DNA of 64,000 bases from Eledone cirrhosa (Eukaryota): positions 31,558,001 to 31,622,000 of the forward strand of contig OZ024756.1 in NCBI GenBank assembly GCA_964016885.1, written 5' to 3'. Below the pieces are notes generated by a model. That model saw nothing but the letters and a program-made list of their open reading frames with translations. It made no database searches and was not told the DNA's origin. A program made the position numbers and the translations under genes. Below are positions 52,785 through 64,000 of this stretch, piece by piece (position 1 is the stretch's first letter; every line of letters begins with the position of its first letter).

Positions 52785-54560
52785 AAGAACACAGTAAATC
52801 AATTAAAAAATGTACTAGCTAACGAAGGAGTCTGAAGCAGCTAAAAATAACAGTCAAATCTATCACTCAAATTACACTACCGCCTTTTAAAAGAAAATGG
52901 AAGAACATATTGGACAATAATGAACAACCCCCACCTCTCCCGCATACACACCCACACTCAGAGAGACTCCATATATTGTATTATGTCGTCTCAGACTTTA
53001 AGTTGACTGCTGTAACGACTAGAATTATCATGGTTAGAATATCTTTGATCATAGATATAGTCTGCGCCGACCATGACAACTCTGTGACAACTACTGCTTT
53101 ACATTCGCGACTTGTTGCTGGATTTAGCAAAATATTTCTTTATAAAAGCAAAATCAACAACCAAAACCCAAATAAATTCCCAAACAGACGTTTTATTATA
53201 TATATAAAAGTGATCATTTTTTTTATCAGTATATTAACATAATATAATATAATATAATATAATTTAATATAATATAAATATTATATAATATATGATATAA
53301 TATAATAGTATCGGTTTGAAATCCATAAATCAACAGAGCAAATGGACAATAATACTATTGAGTCGGAAAGATAAAAAGAAAAGGCATTATTTAAAAGGTA
53401 TTATGAAATTTAAAGACTGATAGTCATAGTCTTTCTTTAAAATACGAAATAGGCCGAGCAAAAATGTCGGTCATATAATTAAATAAAACCTATATGTATT
53501 GTAGTACATAGAACTGATCTCTTTTTTTTTTTATTCAACATAGTTTATATTGGAAGGAAAATTAAAAACGATGACCCTTGCGCCCAAATATATTTCAATA
53601 TTTCATTACGTCCATATATATATATATATGATCTGTTTAAAAAAATATCTGATATAAAATCTCTTCAAATGAATAGATCTTGAATGAATCGAAGCAATTT
53701 TGTATTAAATAAAAAATATGGTACCATTTTATTTCGTTTTATTTTAGCAATGCCTTTTTAAAAAAAAATCTATTTAGAAATAAATATTTCAACAGATTTG
53801 GTTTGTTACATAATCTAACAGAGAGTCACAACATTATTCAACCTTTAACAGAATCGATTAAACATTTATTCCAGTTAAGATATATATATATATATAGATA
53901 GAGAGTGTTTATATATGTGTTTGTGATATAACAAAATACGTCATATAGACATACATTAGACATTGTAGAATTTATACTGGGAAATCATTATGTCTCCTTC
54001 TTTATTGGGATTGAAAAAAATGACTTGAAATTGTCGAGAAATCTCTAATTTTTAAGAAATATTAAACATAAAGTGACGTTAACATTGTATCTTTTAATTT
54101 AGAAGGAGACTACATTATCTGATGTGGTCCTCTTTTAATACAGTAAGGTGTGATCTAAGAGAGATTTGGCTGCTATTTCTACCATATCCACTGATCATAG
54201 ATATCACTTCGATGTATTAAAACCACGTAGTTATGTTAGCTGTATGTGCGGTTGATTTCTATCTATGTTGAATTTACGCAATTCTGAAAAGATTTTCTGA
54301 AAGAAAGTCTAATAAATATTAAGCTACAGCAGTGAATCATGTTTAATAAATTTAGATATTAGCAGGGACTTGATGTAATTTGGACAAATCGTTCGATACA
54401 AAAGATATTTATAGAAATTATTTATAAAAGATATGTAAAAAAGAAATTCCGCCATTTCAAGGGAGACAATTTTAGCGGACAATTTTTGTAGTTAAGAATC
54501 AGGCATGTCCCTTTGTTCATTTTTTTCAAGAAACTTCTCCAAAATCTGCTTAAATTAATT
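46810..54560. repeat. Inverted duplication: ~46810-48075 vs ~53405-54560
   Basis: Several collinear reverse-complement blocks, e.g. GGGACATGCCTGATTCTTAACTACAAAAATTGTCCGC and TATATGACCGACATT..GGCCTATTTCGTATTTTA. Confidence 0.85.
48928..49110. mobile_element. hAT-type MITE
   Basis: Degenerate TIRs CAAGGCCAGATTAA / TTAATCCAGCCCCA; 8-bp TSD GTTTAGAT/GCTTAGAT. Confidence 0.7.
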
Positions 54561-54742
54561 ACAATAATATTTTGTGACGGAACCGCAGAAGCCAGTTGTA
54601 TACATAAATATATGTATATATATACACCCACATACTATAAAATAATATTGAACTTCAAATTTTCCAAGCCTTTTTTATCCTTTATAGTATTGTATTTGCA
54701 ATTCACTTGAATTTGCTTACACACACACACACACACACATTC

Positions 54743-54825
<83 letters not shown>

Positions 54826-57800
54826 GACCGCATACAACGGGTTACAGCAATGGGAAGATCCTTCAGATCTTCCCTACACGATATATGCACTCAGTACACA
54901 CTGTAAAATGGTTGGTGATAGGAAGGGCATCCAGCTGTAGGAGGTTTACCAAACAAATGGTTAGGAGGACTCTCCAGTTGTGCCAAAGGCATGACAACCT
55001 CTCTAATGCTGGTCCCATGATAAAATACACTTGGTAAAACATGGAACACTATGTAAGTGAGATGCAAACACTGGCCTATTTGACGTCCCAGATAGGCCAT
55101 TGTTTGCATCTCGCTTTTATACTGCTCTATGTTTTACATACACAATAAATATTAGAACCTATTCTAAACTTGGTACATACACAGTGGCTATTAGTACCTA
55201 TTCTAAACTTGGTACATACACAGTGGATATTAGTACCTTTACTAAACTTGGTACATATACAGTAAATAATTCTTTCTACTTTAGGCACAAGGCCAGCAAT
55301 AACCCAGTGCATTACTGGTACTTTATTTTATCGACCCCGTAAGGATGAAAGGCAAAGTCAACCTCGGCGAGATTTGAACTCAGATCGTAAAAGGACGTAA
55401 CTATGCTGGAAAGCATGGCGTCCGACCCTCTACTGATACTGCCAATCCACCGCCCTTCAGTAATAATAGAACCTATTCTAAGCTTGGTACATACACAGTA
55501 TCTTTTAGTAGAGTAGCTATTCTAAACTGGATACATACAGTGTGAATATTAGTTCAAGACCATCAAATTTGGAAGAAGGGCAAAGTTGAATAAATTAACC
55601 CTAGTACATGACTGGTACTTTATTTTATCAACCTTGGATGGATGTAAAACAAAAATGACTCTGGAGAGATTTGAATGTACAGTCAGAACAAATATTGGTA
55701 AAACTGATTCTGAATATTTTTTTGTTTTTGTTTATGTGTAGTGTTTACCAATATACAGCAGCATCCCAGTAAAATTCCTATAACCCTTTTGATACCAACC
55801 TACCCAAAACTGATTCTGGTTAGACAGGAACATACATTTCAAATGGTTTCTGTTTAAACTTACATATCCCAACATAATCTTATATAAAAATATTTTGCTA
55901 TGTTGTATTACAAATTTCTAACTTTCATTCTCTCACTCTCTTTCTTTATCTTCTCTCGAAGAAATCTGCTGTATTCAGGCCTGGAGAGGAGATGGGCTCT
56001 GCCAAGTTTAACCCTTTAGCATTTAAACCAGCCATATCCAGTCAGGATTCTCTCACCTCTTTATGTTTAACCTGGCTGTAATCAGCCACTTATACTGATG
56101 TTAAGGTATTGTTCTCAAAATAAATAGTATCAAAATCTTATAGATTCGATATTATGTAAGATAATTAATTGAGGTAAAGCCTTTACCATGAAAATATAAT
56201 AGTAAATATAGAGTAATATAAATGCTAATGGGTTAAAAAAAATACCATAGAAATGCTATATGTCAATATGGAACTCCTACAACTTCATTAGGAGTTATGA
56301 AACCATAAATATATTACAAATATCATCTTAACCATTAAATACTTAATAATTTTAGCAAATTCTTCCAAATTCTTCAGTAATTAATTTAAATACAGTGTAT
56401 ATCATTAGAAATATGGTAAGAAATGGGTTAGCTGTAAAAGTCAAGAAATATAATGGAATTGAAGTGCCTCAATGCTATTTATGTTTACATCTATGAAGGT
56501 CTCGTTGGCTTCTATTGAGAGATTTCTTGGGTGTTTTAATGGTAGGAGGCCCAGTCCTATCATGGAAAGTAATGGGATTTGAAGCCTCTTACCTAAAACC
56601 TCATTGCATCATCCAGTTCAGGATCATCTAGTTCTGGGGTTGATAGAATAAAGTACCAATCAAACACTAGGGTTAATTTATCTTCCCCTAAATTTGCTGG
56701 CCTTGTGCCTAATTTAGAAATCAATAATTATTGTATTGTTCCTAACACTATATGGATAGATGGATGGTCTCGTAACTCCCAAGGGAGTCATAGGGACGCC
56801 ATATTCTCATACAGCATTTCTACAACATTTTAAAACCTGGTGGAGCCCATCTCCTCTCCAGGTCTGAATACAGCAGATTTCTCCCAGAGAAGGATAGAGA
56901 AAGTTAAAGAATGGAAGTGTGAAAGAGATATAGAGGAAGAATCAACCCCAGTACTAGATTGGTACTTTATTTTATCTACCTTGAATGGATGAAAAGCAAA
57001 GTTGACCTTGGAGGGATTTGAACTCAGAGCGGAGAGTCGAAATGAATACCACAAAGTATTCTATCCAACATTCTAATGATTCTGTCAATCTACTGCCTAC
57101 ACTAAGACTATATAAACAATGTATATTCTAAATTTTCAGCATCCTCAAACTGTTGTTTACTTCATTTTGATAAACATCTTAAATCTTATGAGACAATACT
57201 ATGAAGATCTATAAGTTTTCAATGAAAGACATATTCTATAATTTTCAATTGATTTTGAGAGATTTAATAAAATAACTAACTTTATCATGATTATGTGTGG
57301 ATGTGCATAGCCTAGTAGTAAGTATGTTGAACTTACAATCATAATGTTGTGAGTTCGATTCCTGGACCTGGTTTTGTGTTTTGTTCTTGAACAAAACACT
57401 TCATTTCACGGTGTTCCAGTATACTCATCTGAAAAGGAGTACCAGTAGTAGCCGGTGGTTTAACCCTGTGATGGACTAGCTTTCTGTCTTGTACCCCTTT
57501 TATGACCATATTTCTAATGAAGTACACACTATTTTAATAAATTAATGAAGAATTTTGAGAGATTTGCTAAAATTGTTAATTACGAGAATTTTTTCCTCAC
57601 GCTGATGCATATGTGTATATGTGTGTATGTGCATATGCATACATTTATATGTATGAGTATGTGAATATAAACATGCACATACAGACACGCTTCCTCTTCC
57701 ATTCTTTTACACACACATACATTCACGCAGGTAGCTGATGTAAAGAGAGAGGAGTAGTATGAATTAGTCAAACTACTCCTCTCTCTTTACATATTATGAC

Positions 57801-59344
57801 AGAATCGCAGAAATTTATATATAGATTTCAATACTAAGACAGTAACTTAATGAAAGGTTCTTATATAAAATTATGTTGGAAGATTTTAATTCAAATTGGA
57901 AACCTTAAAATAGGTGACTTTATTTCATAGAACCAGAGTCGGTTTTAGCTGGGTTGGTAACTAATGGGTTAAGCATGCAGTTATAGGATAAACAGTGGTG
58001 AGTGGGGCACTTCCCTATGGTGCCTTTTGGTGATTAATGTAATCTCAGATCTGTAGAGTTCCCAAATTACCTGTTGGCGGGGCTTCCCCCCTCCACCATC
58101 ACTACATTGAAGAAATGTGTTGTTATGTATCTGTTGTTATTTGTTAGCTGTTTTTCTTTTTGTTTGTTCTCTGTTTAACCCCTTAGCATTTACATATTTA
58201 CTATCATATCCTGAAAATCTGCTGTATTCAGACCAGAAGCAGAGATGTGCTCTGCCAGGTTTAAAAATGCCCTAGAAACGCTGTATATCAACATAGCGCC
58301 CACCTGACTCACTTTGGAGTTACAGGACAATACATACATATATACATGCAGTATGAATGAATTTTTAAGACGTTTGCTTTGCAATCAGGGTCCCGAGTTC
58401 GACCTCAAAGTGGCATGTTGGGCAAATATTATTTACTTATATACTCGAATCGACGAAAGTCTCTTTTGGAAATCCGTCGGATGGCCTGTACCTGTAATTC
58501 AGGGTGGTGAACCTTATCGCATATAGTTTCAAGCTGAATCTCCATGAAATTTACGTTAAAGGCACACGTGTCTTTGGAATGCTCAGTCACTTACACACAC
58601 GTAAATTTCATGAGAAGGTTGTTCCGTTGATCGAACAAATGGAATATTCATCGGCGAAACGAAACCGACTTAAGTACATTCATTCCACTTTTACAAGTAT
58701 TTTTTAGATTTTTCTTAAAATAATACATTAAATCCTAAAATAGAAATAATTAAACGACGAAATAATTCAATATCTAGAATCAAATATTAAAAAAAAAAAA
58801 TACGAAGACATTTTTTTCTCAAAAATGAAAAACATATTTCACAAAAGAGTTCTAGTAAAGTATGGAAAAATTTAAAGACATTAGCTGTTGTCTCCCTTAC
58901 ATTTAAAGGCATTTATCTAAAATTTAGTTATTTTTACTTAAAGAAAAGGACTAATGTACTGGAGAGAGCTAGTATATGCACCTCAATATATATCTGATAC
59001 TTTAGGCTATAGGTTCTAGGAGAGGCAAAGTTGACTTCGCTTTATTTATATAATATTGGTGGTATCTATAATATAACTGCAGCAGAGCCGGCATTTTAGT
59101 ATTTAGTGTCTCTCATCCTTCCGGTGTCAATCAAAATAAAGTACCAGTCAAGTACTAGGTTTGGTTTAATCAACTTCGTTCTTCCATCAAATTTGCTGTC
59201 CTTGTGCCTAAATTAGAAACTAATAATGAAAATACAATAATAAAATAAAAAGTAAAATAAATAAAATATATATAAAATTCGTCCATGGTATATAACTCAG
59301 TAGCTGTTTAATAAAATAACCTCCCTTGCCAAGCCTATTAGTGG

Positions 59345-59645
59345 ATGATGGCGACAATAATGGTGAGGGCGATGGTGACACCGAAGACGACAATGATGAT
59401 GATGATAATGATGATGATGATGATGATGATGGCGTTTACGACTACTACTACAACTACAACGATGATGAGGATGAGGATGATAATGATGACAGCGATGATG
59501 ATAACGCAGACGACAATGACGATGACGAAGATGTCGACTACGACGACGAAGATGATAATGGTGACGACGATGATGATGATGATGATGACGACGATGATGA
59601 TGATAATGATAATGACGACGATGACGACAATGATGATCATGATGG
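59345..59645 (+). repeat. Degenerate (GAY)n trinucleotide tract
   Basis: GAT/GAC/AAT triplets; source of the spurious poly-Asp, poly-Met and poly-Ile ORFs. Confidence 0.9.
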
Positions 59646-59653
59646 TTAAGATA

Positions 59654-59681
59654 CTGATGAACTTTTCAGCCGACCCTCGTA
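59654..59681 (-). mobile_element. Solo mariner-like terminal inverted repeat
   Basis: Minus strand TA-CGAGGGTCGGCTGAAAAGTTCATCAG resembles mariner TIR starts; no partner seen. Confidence 0.4.
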
Positions 59682-59824
59682 CATACATACATGATGGCTG
59701 CCCCCTCGTTATCGAGTATGGCCATTGCACGAAAAAAAGAAAGAAAAATAATAATAAATATATACATACATACACATATACATTGATACATAGATACATA
59801 CAAATATGCATGCACCTATCCATC

Positions 59825-59870
<46 letters not shown>

Positions 59871-59974
59871 CACACACACACGCACACGCACACACATACA
59901 TACACACACATGTATACACGCACGGATATATATTAATATACAAGTAGATAGATATAGATCGATAGTTCATATTC

Positions 59975-60730
59975 ATGTAATTTGTCCTTCGGAGACGAAG
60001 ACAATCACGACTTTAAAATGTTGGGTGGAGGATCTTGGGCAGTGGTTTAGGAGATGACTGAGGAGGCCAAACCGAGCTTGGAAACTACGCCCACATGTGG
60101 GAGGCAAATGTAGGTAGGTGCTGCAGTGGAAGTGAACGTGGCTCATATCTTGGGCACATCCTCTGAGCCTCTGCAGTGCGTTTGGTTTCTGCAGCACATG
60201 CCCCTTCAAAGGTTTTGCTTCACCAGGATGGGCAACCCAGAGCAGGACAAGCCATTCACAGCTACCGGGTATGATGTTGAAGGTATTGAAGGATAATTTT
60301 AAATTTATTTTAAAAAGTTAACAAGTCGAAAAGTTATTTTATTTTACAAAGCTGTTTATACAAAAACAAAACACACACTATTAAAAAAAAGAAAGATCTT
60401 TGAAAGAAGGGTGCATCTCAGATAGGTGAAGTTATTGACTGCTTCTAGCTTCTGTGTGGTTTGTGGTAGGACTTTCCAGGGGCAAGCAGATACATAACTT
60501 TGGTATTGTTAGTGCTGATTGTGAGTCCAAAGTTGTCACAAGCTTATGAGAAACAGTCGACAAACATGTCCTGGCTCAGCTCTCGATAAACTAACTGTTT
60601 TGCTAGTCTGCTGTCAGAAATCTTGATAACCGGACCTGTCCATCTGTGGTGGGCCGTCTGTAGAAATGTATGGAAAGTCTGGATGTAAGCCCCCTTTCAA
60701 GACCTCACAGTCTGAGACTTTGATTGTCAC
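59975..60730 (-). mobile_element. Decayed RTE/BovB-like LINE 3' end (interrupted)
   Basis: Minus-strand VLKGAYIQTFHTFLQTAHHRWTGPVIKISDSRLAKQLVYREL and PTCGRSFQARFGLLSHL match RTE C-terminal motifs. Confidence 0.75.
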
Positions 60731-61020
60731 CGTGTCTTGAGAAGTTTGCAGAGGTAGATCAGTGAGCTTTCGCATCATCAATGGGCCTGCCGCATTCTAG
60801 ACTTCAGCAGGAATAGTATCTGATCCTGGTATTTTACTATAGTAAAGTTGGCTGATGGCTGCTCTGTTTTCTTCCACTGTGTGTGTGTGTGTGTCAGACA
60901 GATAGATTGATAGATATATAGATAGATGGATAGACAGATGGATATATATATATATATTATATAAAAATTATATAAAAAATAAACAAAGAAGCCTTTAATT
61001 CATATCTTATATATATATAT

Positions 61021-61488
<468 letters not shown>

Positions 61489-61815
61489 CATGCAGGACAT
61501 CCGTAGATAATAAAACAAGGAAAACAATATAGTCCCACCGCTCGATGAACGGCTCCTCAACTATGCAGTGGTGGCCATGGTTGGACTCCGGAACAGAATG
61601 TCACGCATACATGGAAGTGTATGAAATTATAATTACACACTCACACACACACACTCTCTCTCTCTCTGTATCTATCTATCTATCTATCTATCTATCGATT
61701 TCTCCCCTCCCTCTCTCTCTCTCTATCAAGCGTTGAATTAATATATTGTACAGCGTTTTTTGCTTTGTTATTTCTGTTTACTTTTTGCATATATATATAT
61801 ATATATATATATATA

Positions 61816-61933
61816 CTTGACTGTTCCAGTCGACTGGCTGAGGCCATGCTAGGGCACATATACACAACAAACACACACACAGACATAAACGCTTGCCGAA
61901 TACAAGCCGAACCGCTGAGTGTGGCTGTCGGCA

Positions 61934-62013
<80 letters not shown>

Positions 62014-62146
62014 AGAGAGAGAGAGAGTGAGATAATGCCAGCACTCAGCGGTTCGGCTTGTATTCGGCAAGCGTTTATGTCTGTGTGTGTGTTTGTTGTG
62101 TATATGTGCCCTAGCATGGCCTCAGCCAGTCGACTGGAACAGTCAA

Positions 62147-62147
<1 letters not shown>
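61816..62147. repeat. Near-perfect palindrome of a SINE-like segment with a (TC)n(TA)n(GA)n centre
   Basis: CTTGACTGTTCCAGTCGACTGGCTGAGGCCATGCTAGGG.. / ..CCCTAGCATGGCCTCAGCCAGTCGACTGGAACAGTCAAG. Confidence 0.9.
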
Positions 62148-62205
<58 letters not shown>

Positions 62206-62218
62206 ATTTTATAGAAGG

Positions 62219-62269
62219 AGCTTCTACAGGACTAGTACTGTTTCATTCAGATGAAATCTTCAGGAAGCT
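62219..62269 (-). ncRNA. Type-I hammerhead ribozyme
   Basis: Minus strand: AGCTTC-CTGAAGA-tTTCatctGAAt-GAAA-CAG-tactagtc-CT-GTA^GAAGCT. 6-bp stem I; palindromic ACTAGT in loop III. Confidence 0.75.
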
Positions 62270-62641
62270 GGGTGTCATATTAAGTTCTGGTATTTATACA
62301 TTTAGGTAGTGGCAAGGGAGGGGTGGTGGATGGGGGGTGGGGGGAGTATTTAGATACACAGGACCACTTCATGGCACAGGCCGTTTTTTCTTTGGGGAGT
62401 GGTCAATTAGCCAGAGTGCTTTTTTGAAATAAATAAATAAGTAAATAAATAAATAAATGAATAAATAAATAGATAAAAGAATAAAGAAATAAAATAAATA
62501 AAGAAATAAATAAAAAATAAATAAATAAAACCCCAAGAATATATAGTAGGGAATATATATATATATATATCAAGTGGGACAATTCCCGTCTAAACCCATG
62601 CTAGCGTGGAAGATAGACGTTAAACGATGATGATGATGATA

Positions 62642-62739
62642 TAGGGTGTCCAAACAAAATGTATACACTCTTTGAGTACCTGTACAGGGAATATTTATTA
62701 GAATACTGTTGTAGAGTGTATACATTTTTTGGGACACCC

Positions 62740-62741
<2 letters not shown>
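62642..62741. mobile_element. Tc1/mariner-type MITE (100 bp)
   Basis: TA|TAGGGTGTCCAAACAAAATGTATACACTCT ... AGAGTGTATACATTTTTTGGGACACCCAG|TA. Confidence 0.8.
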
Positions 62742-62822
<81 letters not shown>

Positions 62823-62823
<1 letters not shown>

Positions 62824-63002
62824 ACGAAGGAAATGTGGTAAGGAACCAGGTGGACCATAACGCACCAAAGTACTCAATACTTATGGTAGTAGAGTGGGTA
62901 ATAAGAACGAGTAGGACCCCGACGGCTGAGCTCAAGCCGTTTAGTCCAGAATTAGCCTTCGAAACGGCTTGAGCTCAGTCGTCGGGGTCCTACTCGTTCC
63001 TA
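62823..63002. mobile_element. Fold-back family P2
   Basis: Near-identical to 29001-29195 (reverse) with a small deletion in one arm; (TA)n flanks. Confidence 0.75.
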
Positions 63003-63304
63003 TATATATATATATATACAGATGCCGTAACCAGTTGATTAATAAAATTAAACATTCTTTACATTTACAGTAGATATATTTCTTTATTAGCCACAAGGGC
63101 GCACAAGAAAAGGGGACAATACAAAGACATGCCGTGGATTTTACATAGAGTCGTGTAAAAAATATAAAAACAAACAATTACATTTACAGTAGATAGCCAA
63201 TATGACAAACAAGAGACGACACAATTAAATGTAAACACTATCGTAGTTATACTAGTAGTAGCAATAGTAAGCTTTATACATCCCTCTCTCTCTATATATA
63301 TTTA

Positions 63305-63358
<54 letters not shown>

Positions 63359-63506
63359 CAATATATATCTATACAAAGACATCTGTTGTACTTAACATTA
63401 AATTATAGATAGCACGAACACACAAACACATAAACAATCACACAACATATAAGGTAATATGTAACACGATAATATAAAGCTTAAATTGAGCGGCGTCTTC
63501 GTGAGG

Positions 63507-63578
63507 TCCTCGGTAGTATAGTGGTAAGTATCCCCGCCTGTCACGCGGGAGACCGGGGTTCGATTCCCCGCCGGGGAG
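63507..63578 (+). tRNA. trnD-GTC: tRNA-Asp (GTC)
   Basis: TCCTCGG..CCGGGGA acceptor stem, A-box TAGTATAGTGG, anticodon loop CT-GTC-AC (63540-63542), T-arm CGGGG-TTCGATT-CCCCG. Pol III terminator T5 at 63590-63594. Confidence 0.97.
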
Positions 63579-64000
63579 GCTTCCTGATATTTTTAGTGTT
63601 TTTTTTAAAAATATTATCTTTTATCTTTTTATCTCTATTTTAAAAGAAAATGTATTTTTTCAGTCTATCAATGATTTTTGTTATTGCTCAATGGCCATGC
63701 TGGGGCACCGCTTCTCTAATGATTTTATTCAATTCTCATGAATACAATTCTAATTTCGCACCTACATGATTTGTATATATGTATATATATCATGAGGTTG
63801 CGATTTCGATTCCCAGATCGGGCGATGCGTTATGTCCTTGAGCAAGACACTTTATTTTACGTTGGTTTTCTGTGTGGATTTGCGACCGTCAGATAGTATT
63901 AACAATTGGAAAGACTAATGGAAACATTGTTTCCTCGGTCCGATTTGACGATCTCCACCGCACTCGTTAAGCGAATGAAGTCTGGGATATTGACTATATA

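Noticed and set aside
59326-59976. Poly-Asp, poly-Met and poly-Ile ORFs
   Set aside because: Trinucleotide tract adjoining a mariner-like end; no splice or domain support.

Overview
AT-rich, microsatellite-dense eukaryotic (animal) DNA. The repeat landscape looks like a coleoid cephalopod (octopus-like) genome; that is recognition from memory, not a database result. One clear protein-coding gene: a minus-strand C2H2 zinc-finger gene with two giant coding exons (21747..15846 and 12510..7691). They splice in phase 1 into a ~3573-aa, mostly low-complexity protein, and the intron falls in a zinc-finger linker. One intact tRNA-Asp(GTC) gene lies at 63507-63578. The rest is SINEs, RTE-LINE 3' fragments, MITEs (piggyBac-, hAT- and Tc1/mariner-like), minisatellites and duplications. 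The most striking signal is a set of minimal type-I hammerhead ribozymes: eight contiguous copies, one SINE-split copy and several decayed ones, in roughly six unrelated sequence contexts. They sit in short non-coding elements embedded in (TA)n tracts and often belong to near-perfect fold-back palindromes, some folding exactly on ribozyme stem II. This fits non-autonomous Penelope-like/retrozyme-type elements that target microsatellites. A filled/empty site pair inside the window supports insertion into (TA)n. Nearly all other ORFs in the track are microsatellite or antisense artefacts.
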